Shown: positions 16,425 to 25,513 of the stretch, one piece after another
How positions within the stretch are numbered: the stretch's first letter is position 1
Layout: each line of letters starts with the position of its first letter
Program-made: the position numbers and the translations under genes
Virus record (IMG/VR): IMGVR_UViG_3300026196_000019
Location: 1-29,972 of that record
Direction: 5' to 3' (one strand)
Origin: a virus
Taxonomy: Duplodnaviria; Caudoviricetes
Length of the DNA stretch: 29,972 nt
The notes under the pieces: generated by a model
The model's database searches: none
What the model was told of the DNA's origin: nothing
What the model saw: only the letters and a program-made list of their open reading frames with translations

Positions 16425-17366
16425 TTACGACGGTACAACACCAATCCCACCGGCTTCGTTAACCGCTGGCATGGTCCCGTACACATGGGTATTGGACGTA
16501 TCAGACCAATCCGTAATGTTGTACGCAACACAGTCTTTCAGCAGAATAATGCCGTGAGTCGGTTCGGAAATTGCAATCGTCAAGGTTTTGTCGTTGTCCA
16601 TGTTGGCAAACGTACACCCGTCAAATGTCACCAGGGCCGCTTCACCGCCAAGGTTTACCGCTGCCGCAACAAGTACGTGGCTTGCAGACGACGCATACGT
16701 GAAAATTCGGCAATCCTTGAAAAAGCTCATAGAGTTATTACCCTTGAACTCTATTTCGTATCCGGTCGTTGATGAGGCCACCGTTGTCCACTGACCGAAG
16801 GTACACCTTTCAAACATATTGTCCTGAGCGCCGGATGCCAGGGTCAACTCGTTGTAGGCGGCGGCCCCTACTGTGGCATGGAGAGGGCCAGCAAAGCCTA
16901 CATTGTAGAAATAATTTCGGTTTGAACTGACAATCGTGTTGTCAACGCTTGTTCCAGTAGAATTTTCATGCTGAATCTGGAAGTTGCTGAAAATATTTCC
17001 TTGCCCAGACACGGTAAGGATTGAGGTCATGGCGGCGCCCATTGTTAGCCTTGCCCGGTTTCCATAGGGAATTGGAGCCGTCAGGCCCACCATATGGGTG
17101 AAGGTATTGGACCACGTAACAGCCGCAGCGATGGAGTACGCGGTTCCGTTCCCGACAACATAGATCACATCGTTGTTACCGCTAACGGTCTTGCTGTATG
17201 CGTACTCAATGGTCTTCAAAGGTTTGTCAATGCTTGTCCCCGCATATCCGTCAGACCCGTTTACAGAGTCCACGAAATAAGCCGTACCGGGCATGGTCAG
17301 ACCCTGCCCACCCATCATTGGAATGCCGAAAGATGAAACACCGTTTGGATAATTTGTTAAGCTCAT
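16425..17366 (-). CDS. Head-fibre/decoration-like protein with pectin-lyase-like beta-helix (313 aa)
   Basis: N-terminal MSLTNYPNGVSSFGIP; YFVDSVNGSD..GTS...PLKTI..A...DVIYV beta-helix cap and periodic N.F.NC/DC repeats; downstream of the capsid gene. Confidence 0.75.
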   Translation of the reverse strand: MSLTNYPNGVSSFGIPMMGGQGLTMPGTAYFVDSVNGSDGYAGTSIDKPLKTIEYAYSKTVSGNNDVIYVVGNGTAYSIAAAVTWSNTFTHMVGLTAPIPYGNRARLTMGAAMTSILTVSGQGNIFSNFQIQHENSTGTSVDNTIVSSNRNYFYNVGFAGPLHATVGAAAYNELTLASGAQDNMFERCTFGQWTTVASSTTGYEIEFKGNNSMSFFKDCRIFTYASSASHVLVAAAVNLGGEAALVTFDGCTFANMDNDKTLTIAISEPTHGIILLKDCVAYNITDWSDTSNTHVYGTMPAVNEAGGIGVVPS

Positions 17367-17475
17367 AATTTTTTCCTTCTAGGAACACCCACAGGGCTAA
17401 TAGTCAGTTTTCGTCAACTATCGCTTGTCTGAGACTGCTCGGATGATTTGCACACCCGCTTACCCATTTGAATTG

Positions 17476-18303
17476 TTAATCCCCGCTTGGGGCGTGTGCT
17501 TGTAAGTAGTTTATTGCGTTGGTTAATAAGTCGGTTGAGTCTTTAAAGTTGCCGATAGCATGATTACAATTCTGGCATAATAACGCCCGAACAGACCCAG
17601 TTTCATGACAATGGTCAACTGCCAAGTCGAATGGTTTGTTAGACCTGGGATTTATTGCTGTTTCTGGATGTCCACAAATGGCGCATTTAAAGTTTTGAGA
17701 TTTAAGCATTCCGTTGTAATCATCCAATGTGATACCAAAGTTCCTTTTAAGGTCAGTATTTTTTACTTTAGCGGGGTTGCTCTTACGCCATTCCCTGCAA
17801 TACGCGGTTCGTCTCTCTCTGTCAGCCCCACCATCTTCCCATTCTCTCCACTCATATTTATCTTTGTATATTGGATTTGATGGGTCTATTACACAAAACC
17901 TATGTTTAGGGCTTGGGCGTTCTCCAACATCTTCAACGAATTGCCAGAATTCTTTCCATTCATCTGCAAAAATGACCTTTGGTGCTTTACGTTTTTGCCA
18001 TTGCCATGTTTTATATAAGGGGTGTTTTTCTTTAGACCCCCATCCTTTCGGCCTTGTCTGCTTTGTATCACCATGTCTTTTCCATCGACGGTAATGCTTA
18101 TCACACATATTCTGTGCTACGACAGGTCTATTGCAATAATCCAAAGAACACTTTTTTAAAAACTTTTCTGGGTTCTCTTTAGTTCCATTTCGCTTATAAA
18201 CCCTATTGCACACATTGCATAATCCATCCTCTACAATCGGCTTCTCTTCACCACAAAACGCACATATCTGAATTTTCGGGACACTTGTTTTTGGGATACT
18301 CAT
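17476..18303 (-). CDS. Free-standing endonuclease VII-family homing endonuclease (275 aa)
   Basis: FGITLDDY..ML.SQ..KCAICG...LAVDHCHETG.VR.LLCQNCN..IG.FKD EndoVII signature; N-terminal Cys/His zinc modules; visibly more AT-rich than its flanks. Confidence 0.92.
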   Translation of the reverse strand: MSIPKTSVPKIQICAFCGEEKPIVEDGLCNVCNRVYKRNGTKENPEKFLKKCSLDYCNRPVVAQNMCDKHYRRWKRHGDTKQTRPKGWGSKEKHPLYKTWQWQKRKAPKVIFADEWKEFWQFVEDVGERPSPKHRFCVIDPSNPIYKDKYEWREWEDGGADRERRTAYCREWRKSNPAKVKNTDLKRNFGITLDDYNGMLKSQNFKCAICGHPETAINPRSNKPFDLAVDHCHETGSVRALLCQNCNHAIGNFKDSTDLLTNAINYLQAHAPSGD

Positions 18304-18391
18304 AATGCTACTCCCTTCCGTAGCCCTTAAGATTTTTTAGGGAAGGGAGATAAGGGAATCTCCTTTTCGGCTGTACGGGCCTATCCCTAAA
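18304..18391 (-). promoter_or_regulatory. Putative structured 5' leader (three-way junction plus loop-RBS pairing) of the endonuclease gene
   Basis: Minus strand: TTTAGGGA/TCCCTAAA outer stem enclosing GGC..GCC and GGAGA-TTCCCTTA-TCTCC hairpins. The loop is complementary to downstream TAAGGG and to the AAGGGA RBS. Confidence 0.55.
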
Positions 18392-18418
18392 TGTTTAGCA
18401 ATTACAACTAATTATACG

Positions 18419-19330
18419 CTAAGCCGGACTCGACCCGAAAATGCCACGGGCGTCGCTCCAGCCGACTGCGTAACGGCTAGTCGCTTTAAACTTCGCGTTC
18501 TCCGTCTCCCAATCATTCTCAGTGCCGAAGGCGTCTTTACGCCTCTCAAACAATTTCATGCCGTGCATGGCATCGGTCTTGATAAACCAATTATTTGAGT
18601 CAGTTAAGAAATGATTTACAACGTATCCTTGAGGTATTTTACCTAACACCCTGATAGCGTTGATGTCGTTGTTCGCATTTCCGGGCTGCTGGATGCTCTT
18701 CAGAATCCTGGCCGCGTCAAACTCAAGCGCGGGAGGAATGATGAGCTTTTTGGGCAGGACCTTGATGGTCTTGCCACGGTCATCGGTGAAGGCCGCAATA
18801 TCAATGCAAGCCTGTTCCAATGCAGCGTCAGACAACTCAGCAGCGGTGGACAATTCGTTCCGCCACGTACCGCCCGATTTGTTTTTATGAGCCGTAGAAC
18901 AAAGCTCCAAACCGTCACCGCCCTCGTAGGACGCATTAAACGCCCGGTTGAGGACGTTGGCACACACGATCTCCCGTGTTTGCCTGATTGAAAACGCCAA
19001 AGACTGCGCCCGGTTAAGGCCAATCTCGGAGTATTGGTTGTCATCGTACATATTGCGCGTGATGATAAAACCTAACCCATAGGTCACATGGGTATATCTG
19101 GACACGAAGCCCTGTTCCATATCATCAAACGTAATCCCAGCGCCTTCAGGCACCACCGCAGCCAAGCCGAAGCCGGTTACGCCGATGTCCTCTTCAAAAG
19201 CCTTGGAACTGGTGTACTTGTCGAATATCTCAGGCCATTCCGGTGAGTATTCGTTGTACGCTTTCCCATAAATCGCATTGATCCCCGGCCACAGCAGTTT
19301 TGCGAAGGAGCCAGTAGTAATCGTTCCCAT
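18419..19330 (-). CDS. Major capsid protein (303 aa)
   Basis: FAKLLWPGIN, SSKAFEE, RYTH.TYGLGF.IT, A.VLNRAF..GGDG..L.ST.H, LIIPP.LEF.A.RIL.S, VNHFLTD...WF, WSD.RGIFGS motifs; follows scaffold and cement genes; GGAGG RBS. Confidence 0.93.
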   Translation of the reverse strand: MGTITTGSFAKLLWPGINAIYGKAYNEYSPEWPEIFDKYTSSKAFEEDIGVTGFGLAAVVPEGAGITFDDMEQGFVSRYTHVTYGLGFIITRNMYDDNQYSEIGLNRAQSLAFSIRQTREIVCANVLNRAFNASYEGGDGLELCSTAHKNKSGGTWRNELSTAAELSDAALEQACIDIAAFTDDRGKTIKVLPKKLIIPPALEFDAARILKSIQQPGNANNDINAIRVLGKIPQGYVVNHFLTDSNNWFIKTDAMHGMKLFERRKDAFGTENDWETENAKFKATSRYAVGWSDARGIFGSSPA

Positions 19331-19345
19331 AGTCTGCCTCCTTTC

Positions 19346-19954
19346 TTAAATTGCCGCAGTATCGCGGTTAAACGGGTGAGTTACCATCCTGACAAGCCAC
19401 TTTGCGTGGGCTGCACTTGACGCAATCGTGTTATCAGGTCTGTCGGAAAGAGCCACAAGCTGGACCGCACCGTTAGCTGCGGATGACGTGCTGGCGGTAT
19501 CGGAATCCAATTCAGCGGTTGAATACCCGGTTGTCGTGCTACCACCGCTATGGCTGGAAATAGCGAAGAATTGACCCACCGCAGTAACGGCAAGGTCTGC
19601 GGAAGCGTTGTCTTCCTGGATTTCAAACAGGACGTTGGGATCGTCCACGACTGCCACATACCCGGTGGCACTAGCCGCTGCATACGTTCTGTTGAGGTTG
19701 GTTACATCGACGGCCACATCTTTGCTGTTAGAGAAACCAACAGCAACACCGACCATCTGCCCTTTACCGGACGCCAGGATCGCGCAAGCCGGGGTGGTTC
19801 CATCGGCTGATGCGGTTCCTGCGTGTTTTACGGGAGTACCCTTGTAAATCGCGGTAGTACCGGCGGTGTAATACATCGTCACCTTTCCGTTCCACGGGGT
19901 CCCGTTGAGATACTTGACGGGTTTCAACCCGCAATCCCTATCTGCATTTGCCAT
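19346..19954 (-). CDS. Capsid cement/decoration-like protein (202 aa)
   Basis: MAN.D...GLKPV..L.G, IYKG.PV, V.DDPNVLFEIQ, TG.S..ELD motifs; directly upstream of the capsid gene. Confidence 0.75.
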   Translation of the reverse strand: MANADRDCGLKPVKYLNGTPWNGKVTMYYTAGTTAIYKGTPVKHAGTASADGTTPACAILASGKGQMVGVAVGFSNSKDVAVDVTNLNRTYAAASATGYVAVVDDPNVLFEIQEDNASADLAVTAVGQFFAISSHSGGSTTTGYSTAELDSDTASTSSAANGAVQLVALSDRPDNTIASSAAHAKWLVRMVTHPFNRDTAAI

Positions 19955-19968
19955 AATTTGCTCCTATT

Positions 19969-20490
19969 TTACGCACTGACACTGATGTCCATACCTCCGT
20001 ATGCCCCAGCGTCGTTTCTTGGTTGTTTCATCACATTTTCATCTTCCAGGATTTTGTCCTGGCGTTCCTTTTGGTCTTCCTCGTACCACTCAATGGGGAT
20101 TTCCATTAAAATCCCCTTCACGCCGCCGCCCACGCTTTTGGACACCGGCATACCCATCTGTGTTGCATCCCCGGCTCTGGGGTCTCCTGAAGGCAGGTCT
20201 TTCTTTTGGACGATCTCGTACCCGGCCTGTTGCTTGATGAGAATATTGTCATCCACATCATTGAAAACGTGCCTGTGATAACCCGGCCTTTCGGGGTATC
20301 TGAGGACATTCCTGGTCCCCAGCTTGACACGCGGGGGTCTCTTTCTTGCAATCGTCTTTAAAGCCCACCCGTCTTCGTCTTTGACCACTTCGGTCTGCGT
20401 TCCCTGTTTGGCAAGTTGCCCCTGTCTCATGAGGGCTGCTTTTTCGGTCTCAAACGGTTTGTCGTCTTTGGTTCTGATTATTTCGCTCAT
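19969..20490 (-). CDS. Head-module hypothetical protein (173 aa)
   Basis: RPGYHRHVFND..GYEIV..VGGG...ILMEIPIEWYEEDQ pattern, which I recall from genes lying between scaffold and cement genes. Confidence 0.75.
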   Translation of the reverse strand: MSEIIRTKDDKPFETEKAALMRQGQLAKQGTQTEVVKDEDGWALKTIARKRPPRVKLGTRNVLRYPERPGYHRHVFNDVDDNILIKQQAGYEIVQKKDLPSGDPRAGDATQMGMPVSKSVGGGVKGILMEIPIEWYEEDQKERQDKILEDENVMKQPRNDAGAYGGMDISVSA

Positions 20491-21392
20491 CCTATCTCTC
20501 CTATTTCTGCCAGTTGCTTGATGTAGTCCTTCATCTTCAACACCCCTAGCTTTTCAAAAGTCTTTGCTGTTTGAAGCTGTTCAGGGTTTAAATCTCTCTC
20601 CGTAAACTGGCGCTTTGCCCCGGTTCCCCGTGCGCCTTCGACGGGGTTTACTGTGGGGGTCTTCGGTTGTTGCTTCTGGAACTTTTCTGGGAAGGCTTTC
20701 TTCACCAGTTCCGTTACTGCCGTCAGCTTTCTTTCATACGGAAGGGCGTCATATTCGGGTAGATTGGCCATCTTGTCTGCGTATGCGGTCATGTCAGGGT
20801 CTCCCCCGCTACCTTTTACGCCGTACCAATCATGCTGGGACCTCCATTTATCAAACGCCTCTACGTGAGAAGGGTCCGGTTGGGGTGCCGTTTGCCTCGG
20901 AGTGTCCATTTCCATGCTGTTGTATTTATCCAGCATTTCAGACTCGATCTCGTCCACACGGTCTGCGTCCCCTTCTTCAATGGCTTCCCTTTTCTCCTTC
21001 CGCAGTCTGTCGATTTCCTTCTGCTGTTTGGCAATCTGAGCTTTGGACACCTTTTCAAAGTGATTTCTAAGGTCGTCAAAGCCCTTCTCCATGCGCTCCA
21101 TCTTGGTTCTGTTGTCTTTCAGGTGGCTCGACAAGGTTTCCTGGATGTCCTTTGAACGCTTGATAAATGTCGCTGCGTCCACGGTGTTCCCGAACTTGTC
21201 CGTCCCTCCATGGTGCCATCCTATTTCACGCGCTATATCCTCAATGGTCTCCTTCTTTGCCTCGGTTCCTCCCTCTCTTGGTTCTTCGTCTGTTTGATCG
21301 TCTTTTGGTTCTTCCGTTGTTTCTGGAAGTTCCGCTTCCGGCTCTGGGGTCGCTTCGACCTGTTCGTCTTCCATTACGGCTTCTATTGCCAT
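20487..21392 (-). CDS. Capsid scaffolding protein (301 aa)
   Basis: Start moved to ATG 21392 after GAGGGAG. Acidic N-terminus, AREIGW, long coiled coil, W...H.WY and C-terminal L.PE....A....G....YIKQL. Confidence 0.8.
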   Translation of the reverse strand: MAIEAVMEDEQVEATPEPEAELPETTEEPKDDQTDEEPREGGTEAKKETIEDIAREIGWHHGGTDKFGNTVDAATFIKRSKDIQETLSSHLKDNRTKMERMEKGFDDLRNHFEKVSKAQIAKQQKEIDRLRKEKREAIEEGDADRVDEIESEMLDKYNSMEMDTPRQTAPQPDPSHVEAFDKWRSQHDWYGVKGSGGDPDMTAYADKMANLPEYDALPYERKLTAVTELVKKAFPEKFQKQQPKTPTVNPVEGARGTGAKRQFTERDLNPEQLQTAKTFEKLGVLKMKDYIKQLAEIGEIG

Positions 21393-21404
21393 GCTCTCTC
21401 CCTC

Positions 21405-21454
21405 AAATAAAAAGCCCGATCCCACACGCTTTTCTTACGCGCCGAACCGGGCTT
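21405..21454 (-). terminator. Hairpin plus U-tract (intrinsic terminator/attenuator-like) before the scaffold gene
   Basis: AAGCCCGGTTC...GATCGGGCTT followed by TTTATTT on the minus strand. Confidence 0.6.
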
Positions 21455-21506
21455 CAAAATTCCCCGTTAGGGGGTTTATCCGTGACCGTTTATTTAGTTG
21501 TTGGGA

Positions 21507-21806
21507 TCATTTCACCCTTGCTACAACGTCCTCGTCATTCAGGATTCTCAGATTTCCGTCTTTCCGTTCCACAAGGAACCCGCCGTACTTCGCAAAAACG
21601 ATTGTATCCCCAACGGCCAAATCATCCCCATCAAACTGGATAGAACAGGAAGGGCCTATGGCCACCACCTCGCCCCTATTAACGGCGTTTTGTTCCTGGT
21701 CTCTGGTGCTATCGGGGAGGTATATCCCGCCTTCAGTTTTCTGTTTGATCTCTTCGGGTTTTACGATTAGCTTATACCCTTCTGGTTGCAACTCTATTTC
21801 ACTCAT
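21507..21806 (-). CDS. groES: Phage-encoded co-chaperonin GroES (99 aa)
   Basis: L.P.G..LIVKP, KTEGGIYLP mobile loop, GEVVAIGP, VGD..VFAKYGG, RILNDEDVVA. Confidence 0.95.
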   Translation of the reverse strand: MSEIELQPEGYKLIVKPEEIKQKTEGGIYLPDSTRDQEQNAVNRGEVVAIGPSCSIQFDGDDLAVGDTIVFAKYGGFLVERKDGNLRILNDEDVVARVK

Positions 21807-22026
21807 TCTCTTCCTCCGTAATTATTCTCTTTAGAGTTTCAATTCCTTGCACTTCCCCGCAAAATTTCGCTGTGTTACCGAATGTTTCCTCCATGCTTTC
21901 AGGGTTGTAATAATGGCCCTGTGCCATTGCGTACAAAAGATTCTGCTTGTATTCCTCTATGGCTTCCATCATCGCCATAGTGACGGGGTTGGCTTTCCAT
22001 TCCTGTACCGCTTCGGGGTTAACCAT
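21799..22026 (-). CDS. Hypothetical helical protein downstream of portal (75 aa)
   Basis: EWKANPVT...G.VQG pattern; coupled to neighbours. Confidence 0.75.
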   Translation of the reverse strand: MVNPEAVQEWKANPVTMAMMEAIEEYKQNLLYAMAQGHYYNPESMEETFGNTAKFCGEVQGIETLKRIITEEENE

Positions 22027-22262
22027 CAGGCACCACCGTACAGTCTGTTCTTTTGCGCCATGCGTTGTGCTAGAATCTGGTCATGTAATAGACCCAACCG
22101 CTTTTGCTCCATCTGCTTGTTGAATCTTCGGTTGCCGGGGTCAGGAGGGGTCATGCCGTATTTGTTCTTGAGCCATTCCAGGAACGCTTCTTCCATACCA
22201 ACAGACGGTTTGCCTCTAACTTTGGTCCTGTCCATGCTGTTCTCATACGGGTTTAATGGCAT
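22026..22262 (-). CDS. Hypothetical protein (78 aa)
   Basis: Stop/start overlaps with portal and with the next gene fill the gap exactly. Confidence 0.65.
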   Translation of the reverse strand: MPLNPYENSMDRTKVRGKPSVGMEEAFLEWLKNKYGMTPPDPGNRRFNKQMEQKRLGLLHDQILAQRMAQKNRLYGGA

Positions 22263-24385
22263 TATTCAGCACCCCCTAAAACGGTGTCGGTCAGTTTGCT
22301 AATCGCCTCTGATTGCATCTGTACCACTTTGGTCAGACTATCCAGCTTCTCCATGTGGTCGTCCTTCAGAGCTTGCGCCCGTGTGTTATCCGCTTGCGCT
22401 CTGGTGGAGTCCACACTGGCGTAGCTGCGCTCAGTATCAGACTTGATTTTCTCTATCTTGGCTTGCGTTAATGCCCCCTCTATCTGCACCCGCTGCTGAT
22501 CGTTCATGGCTTCCATGCGCTTGACTTCAAGCTCCCCTTCTTTCAGTGTTATCTCTGGGTCAGGGGGAGGTTCCACATTCTCAGGGGGTAGGATTTTGTC
22601 AATGTCCTCGATGTCAATGGCTTGCATGTACCGCTTTTGAATTTCACGATCATTCAGTCCAGACCCCAGCATTTCCACCAGGGCTTGTGCTTTCACCATC
22701 TTTTGTGTGCTGGTAAGCTCCGTCTCGTCAGATACCGGCTCAACGTCCATGTCCTTCTCATAGAAGTCGCTCATCTTGGCTTCTAGGTCGTCCAGGACGC
22801 TCTGGTACGCTTCCAAGGAAAGATAAAGCCTGTCAAGCCTACGAACCTTCCGGTATTCGCTCTTGAGTGAACGGTGTATCCTTTTATATATGGAACTGAA
22901 AACTTTCAGGCTTTGCTCAATGAGAGCCAGGATAGTGGTCGGACTTTCGTTTGCCCCTCTGGATTCGCCCGTTAGCACATCTGCTACAGAGCTTAAATCT
23001 TTGCTGGCTTCCATCATCAGATTCAGGAGGTTAAACAGCACACCAGACGGTTCCCTTACCGGAAGTGGGACTATGCCTTTCCGTAAATCGTCCCCGGTGT
23101 TGACAACGTGCTTCCATTCTCCTGCCCTGAAAGTGGATTCATCACCTCTCCCAAGGTTAATCCCTTTTCCAAGGAACCCTGATTGTCTGTTTGACAGAGT
23201 ACCAGCATCTAATAGTTGGTTAATAGTGGTGTTAATAGTGGCGTTCAAGTCACCTAGAAGCGCACCGTATCCCATGCCATAAAAATTACCGTCAAACGCT
23301 GGCATGAAGATAAATCTGGTGAAATACTGGACGGGTTCGATCTTTATAATCTCGCCTTTCTCGTTGGTGATAATCCCGTCAGCATCGTACCGTGCGGTGA
23401 TTCTGACCACCTGAGACGTGTCCTGGTGGACGGTAATGACATACGGCTCCTTGTACCCATCATTATCCAGGTCCCACCACCTGTGCTGCTCTAAGAAGGT
23501 GTGGGGGGCATCTTCATCGTTGGAGTCACGGGTCTCGTCCGTGGTCGGTTCCCCGAACTCTTTGTCGAGAAATACGCCTGACCGTGTGCGCTCTACGATC
23601 TCGTTAGGGGTTAGCTCAAATACATGGGTTAGCCTTGAGGCGCTTTCGATATTCTTTGTGGTGTAATGGACCACCAGATTGTCAGCGGTGATGAGGGGGG
23701 ATTTGACCTGTCTACTGGCGATGTCGTAATAGGTCTTCTTGAAGCAGCACCCGGTAACGGGTAGCATGACCAGCAATTCATCAAGGCTTGTTTCCCAATC
23801 CTCCACCTCTTCAAGCATCTGGTAGCTCATGAACGCCGATAACCGTGCCGCCCTTGCGTCCTTCTTGGGGGGTTCCGGCTTAGGCGTACCGACCATCTCA
23901 GTAGGCATCCCCTCATCCATGGGGGATATTTCCATCACTTGCGGGGGCGCTTCCACCTTCCCGATAACCTTGGCTTTTACAACGTCCCGGCCTTTGATGA
24001 TATTGCCGTATGCTCTGGCCGCAAACTGTATCGCTGCGGTAGCGATGGTGGGATAGTTGACATTCGCCGTGGTATCCCGCTGTTTGGAAGCAATCTGACG
24101 CGCTAACTCAAGCGCCCGTTCCTGTGTTCTTTCCCAATCTTTGCGGGAGTCCTTGTCAATGTCGTAATCTGAAACAACCCGAAAACCGATCTCCTTTAGA
24201 GTATCTTCGTCCAGGGTTTCAGCGATATTGTTCATCTCAAGGAAACCGTTGAGCATATCAATCATTTCCTCAGAAGCCGGTGGGTCCTCCACGATATTCG
24301 GGGAAGATAAAAGGACTTGCTCTTCCGGTAATGGCATCCCCGGTTGATTCTGAGGGGGTAGGATTGGTTCGATCAAATCAGGCAT
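22262..24385 (-). CDS. Portal protein (707 aa)
   Basis: NIAE.L, D..SRKDWE, YP.I..AAIQF.ARAY, A.R...FMSYQ, G..FKK.YYD, FYG.G.G.LL, NQLLDAGTLSN..GF, LIEQ..KVFS.I.KR.H motifs plus C-terminal coiled coil; downstream of terminase. Confidence 0.93.
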   Translation of the reverse strand: MPDLIEPILPPQNQPGMPLPEEQVLLSSPNIVEDPPASEEMIDMLNGFLEMNNIAETLDEDTLKEIGFRVVSDYDIDKDSRKDWERTQERALELARQIASKQRDTTANVNYPTIATAAIQFAARAYGNIIKGRDVVKAKVIGKVEAPPQVMEISPMDEGMPTEMVGTPKPEPPKKDARAARLSAFMSYQMLEEVEDWETSLDELLVMLPVTGCCFKKTYYDIASRQVKSPLITADNLVVHYTTKNIESASRLTHVFELTPNEIVERTRSGVFLDKEFGEPTTDETRDSNDEDAPHTFLEQHRWWDLDNDGYKEPYVITVHQDTSQVVRITARYDADGIITNEKGEIIKIEPVQYFTRFIFMPAFDGNFYGMGYGALLGDLNATINTTINQLLDAGTLSNRQSGFLGKGINLGRGDESTFRAGEWKHVVNTGDDLRKGIVPLPVREPSGVLFNLLNLMMEASKDLSSVADVLTGESRGANESPTTILALIEQSLKVFSSIYKRIHRSLKSEYRKVRRLDRLYLSLEAYQSVLDDLEAKMSDFYEKDMDVEPVSDETELTSTQKMVKAQALVEMLGSGLNDREIQKRYMQAIDIEDIDKILPPENVEPPPDPEITLKEGELEVKRMEAMNDQQRVQIEGALTQAKIEKIKSDTERSYASVDSTRAQADNTRAQALKDDHMEKLDSLTKVVQMQSEAISKLTDTVLGGAE

Positions 24386-24465
24386 CTATGAATTCCACCT
24401 TATGCTTTTTAACGCACGGTTAAGCCGTGCGGCTTTTTGCATCCCCTGATGCGGTGGTTGTCTGT

Positions 24466-24993
24466 TTACTTTCGATGCTGGGTTGTCCCTTCAACACCCT
24501 GCGACTGTCTGTCGGAGGTGCGGTGATTGAGCCAGTGCATGGCTTCTTCCAGTTTTGTCAGGGCTATCGCGTTTTCACGGCAGGAAAACGGCCCTGCCTG
24601 AAAAGAGCGCAAACGATCAATGACAATTGCGAGAAGGTCTTCCTGGTGACATCCGTTGACACCAAATTCCTTGACGGGGCCATTCTGAAATGAAACTTTT
24701 GCAAATTCCACCATCGTCTGATTTGCCAGATCGGACGTTTGCGGCTGCTCAATGACAATATATTCATGGCATGCTCCGCCTTGACCTGGCGCGTCTGTGA
24801 CGATGATTTTGGTAAAACGTTTGCTTCCAATGTTTAATTCTCTCATTTTAAAAATCCTTTCGTTTGTTGGTTTACAGATAACATGACGCTTTATCTTCTT
24901 ACCGTTTGGCAGTTTCACGATCACGGTTGCGTCATTCGTTTTGACGACTTCACCTTTTGCGGTTCCTGTTCCTAGCATGAATTCGGCTTTCAT
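24466..24993 (-). CDS. tad1: Tad1-family (Acb2/Tad1) nucleotide-signal sponge with a 49-aa N-terminal extension; internal start at 24846 gives a 126-aa Tad1
   Basis: PGQGGACHEY, FQNGPVKE.GVNG, DLLAIVIDRLRSFQAGPFSCRENAIALTKLEEA.HWLN.RT.DR...GVEGT closely follows the Tad1 sequence as I recall it; AAGGA RBS before MRELNIG. Confidence 0.88.
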   Translation of the reverse strand: MKAEFMLGTGTAKGEVVKTNDATVIVKLPNGKKIKRHVICKPTNERIFKMRELNIGSKRFTKIIVTDAPGQGGACHEYIVIEQPQTSDLANQTMVEFAKVSFQNGPVKEFGVNGCHQEDLLAIVIDRLRSFQAGPFSCRENAIALTKLEEAMHWLNHRTSDRQSQGVEGTTQHRK

Positions 24994-25511
24994 TGGGTTC
25001 CACGATTGAATTGTTCACTTGTTCCACCGTATGTGTCTGATCTTGTTTTGTAATTAAGACCTGCGCTCAATTTCTTATTCCTGTCAGGATTTCCATAAAG
25101 GTAATCCATATCAGTCCGTATTTTGTCCATTCGGTCTTTCGTATCCCAATATTTACGCATGTCCCGTTCATCAATCGGTATGCCTTTCATCTTCTTCAAC
25201 TCAAATTCACGCTCGATGTTCTGAAGCTGATTGCGATAAAACTTGCTATCCTTAGACAACTTCATTGCCTTTCCAAGTGCTTTTTCAGCAGAAGCTCTTT
25301 TTTTTGCAGCATTAGATGCTTCTGCCCCTGTCAGGGGTTGTCTCATCATCCCCATTGAAACTTCCCTGGACCTATATGGAATATCGAGCTTATCTTTGAG
25401 CAACATCCCTGGCCCGATTTCGTAATCATTTGCAAACTCACCGTATTCATTCACAGGCATTGTGAATTTAAACCCACCCCTTCTAAATCCAAGCCCTGGT
25501 GCCATCGCCAT
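24990..25511 (-). CDS. Hypothetical basic, Met/Gly-rich protein (173 aa)
   Basis: Start moved to ATG 25511, 2 nt after the terminase stop; ATGA overlap with the next gene. Confidence 0.7.
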   Translation of the reverse strand: MAMAPGLGFRRGGFKFTMPVNEYGEFANDYEIGPGMLLKDKLDIPYRSREVSMGMMRQPLTGAEASNAAKKRASAEKALGKAMKLSKDSKFYRNQLQNIEREFELKKMKGIPIDERDMRKYWDTKDRMDKIRTDMDYLYGNPDRNKKLSAGLNYKTRSDTYGGTSEQFNRGTQ

Positions 25512-25513
25512 AA

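Noticed and set aside
17367-18418. Group I intron or intein around the endonuclease
   Set aside because: The capsid gene ends with its normal C-terminal motif and the downstream gene starts intact, so nothing is interrupted; no intron core recognised.
18411-18439. Sigma70 promoter for the endonuclease (TATAAT at 18416-18411, minus strand)
   Set aside because: Perfect -10 but a poor -35 (TTCGGG) at 17-nt spacing; insufficient on its own.
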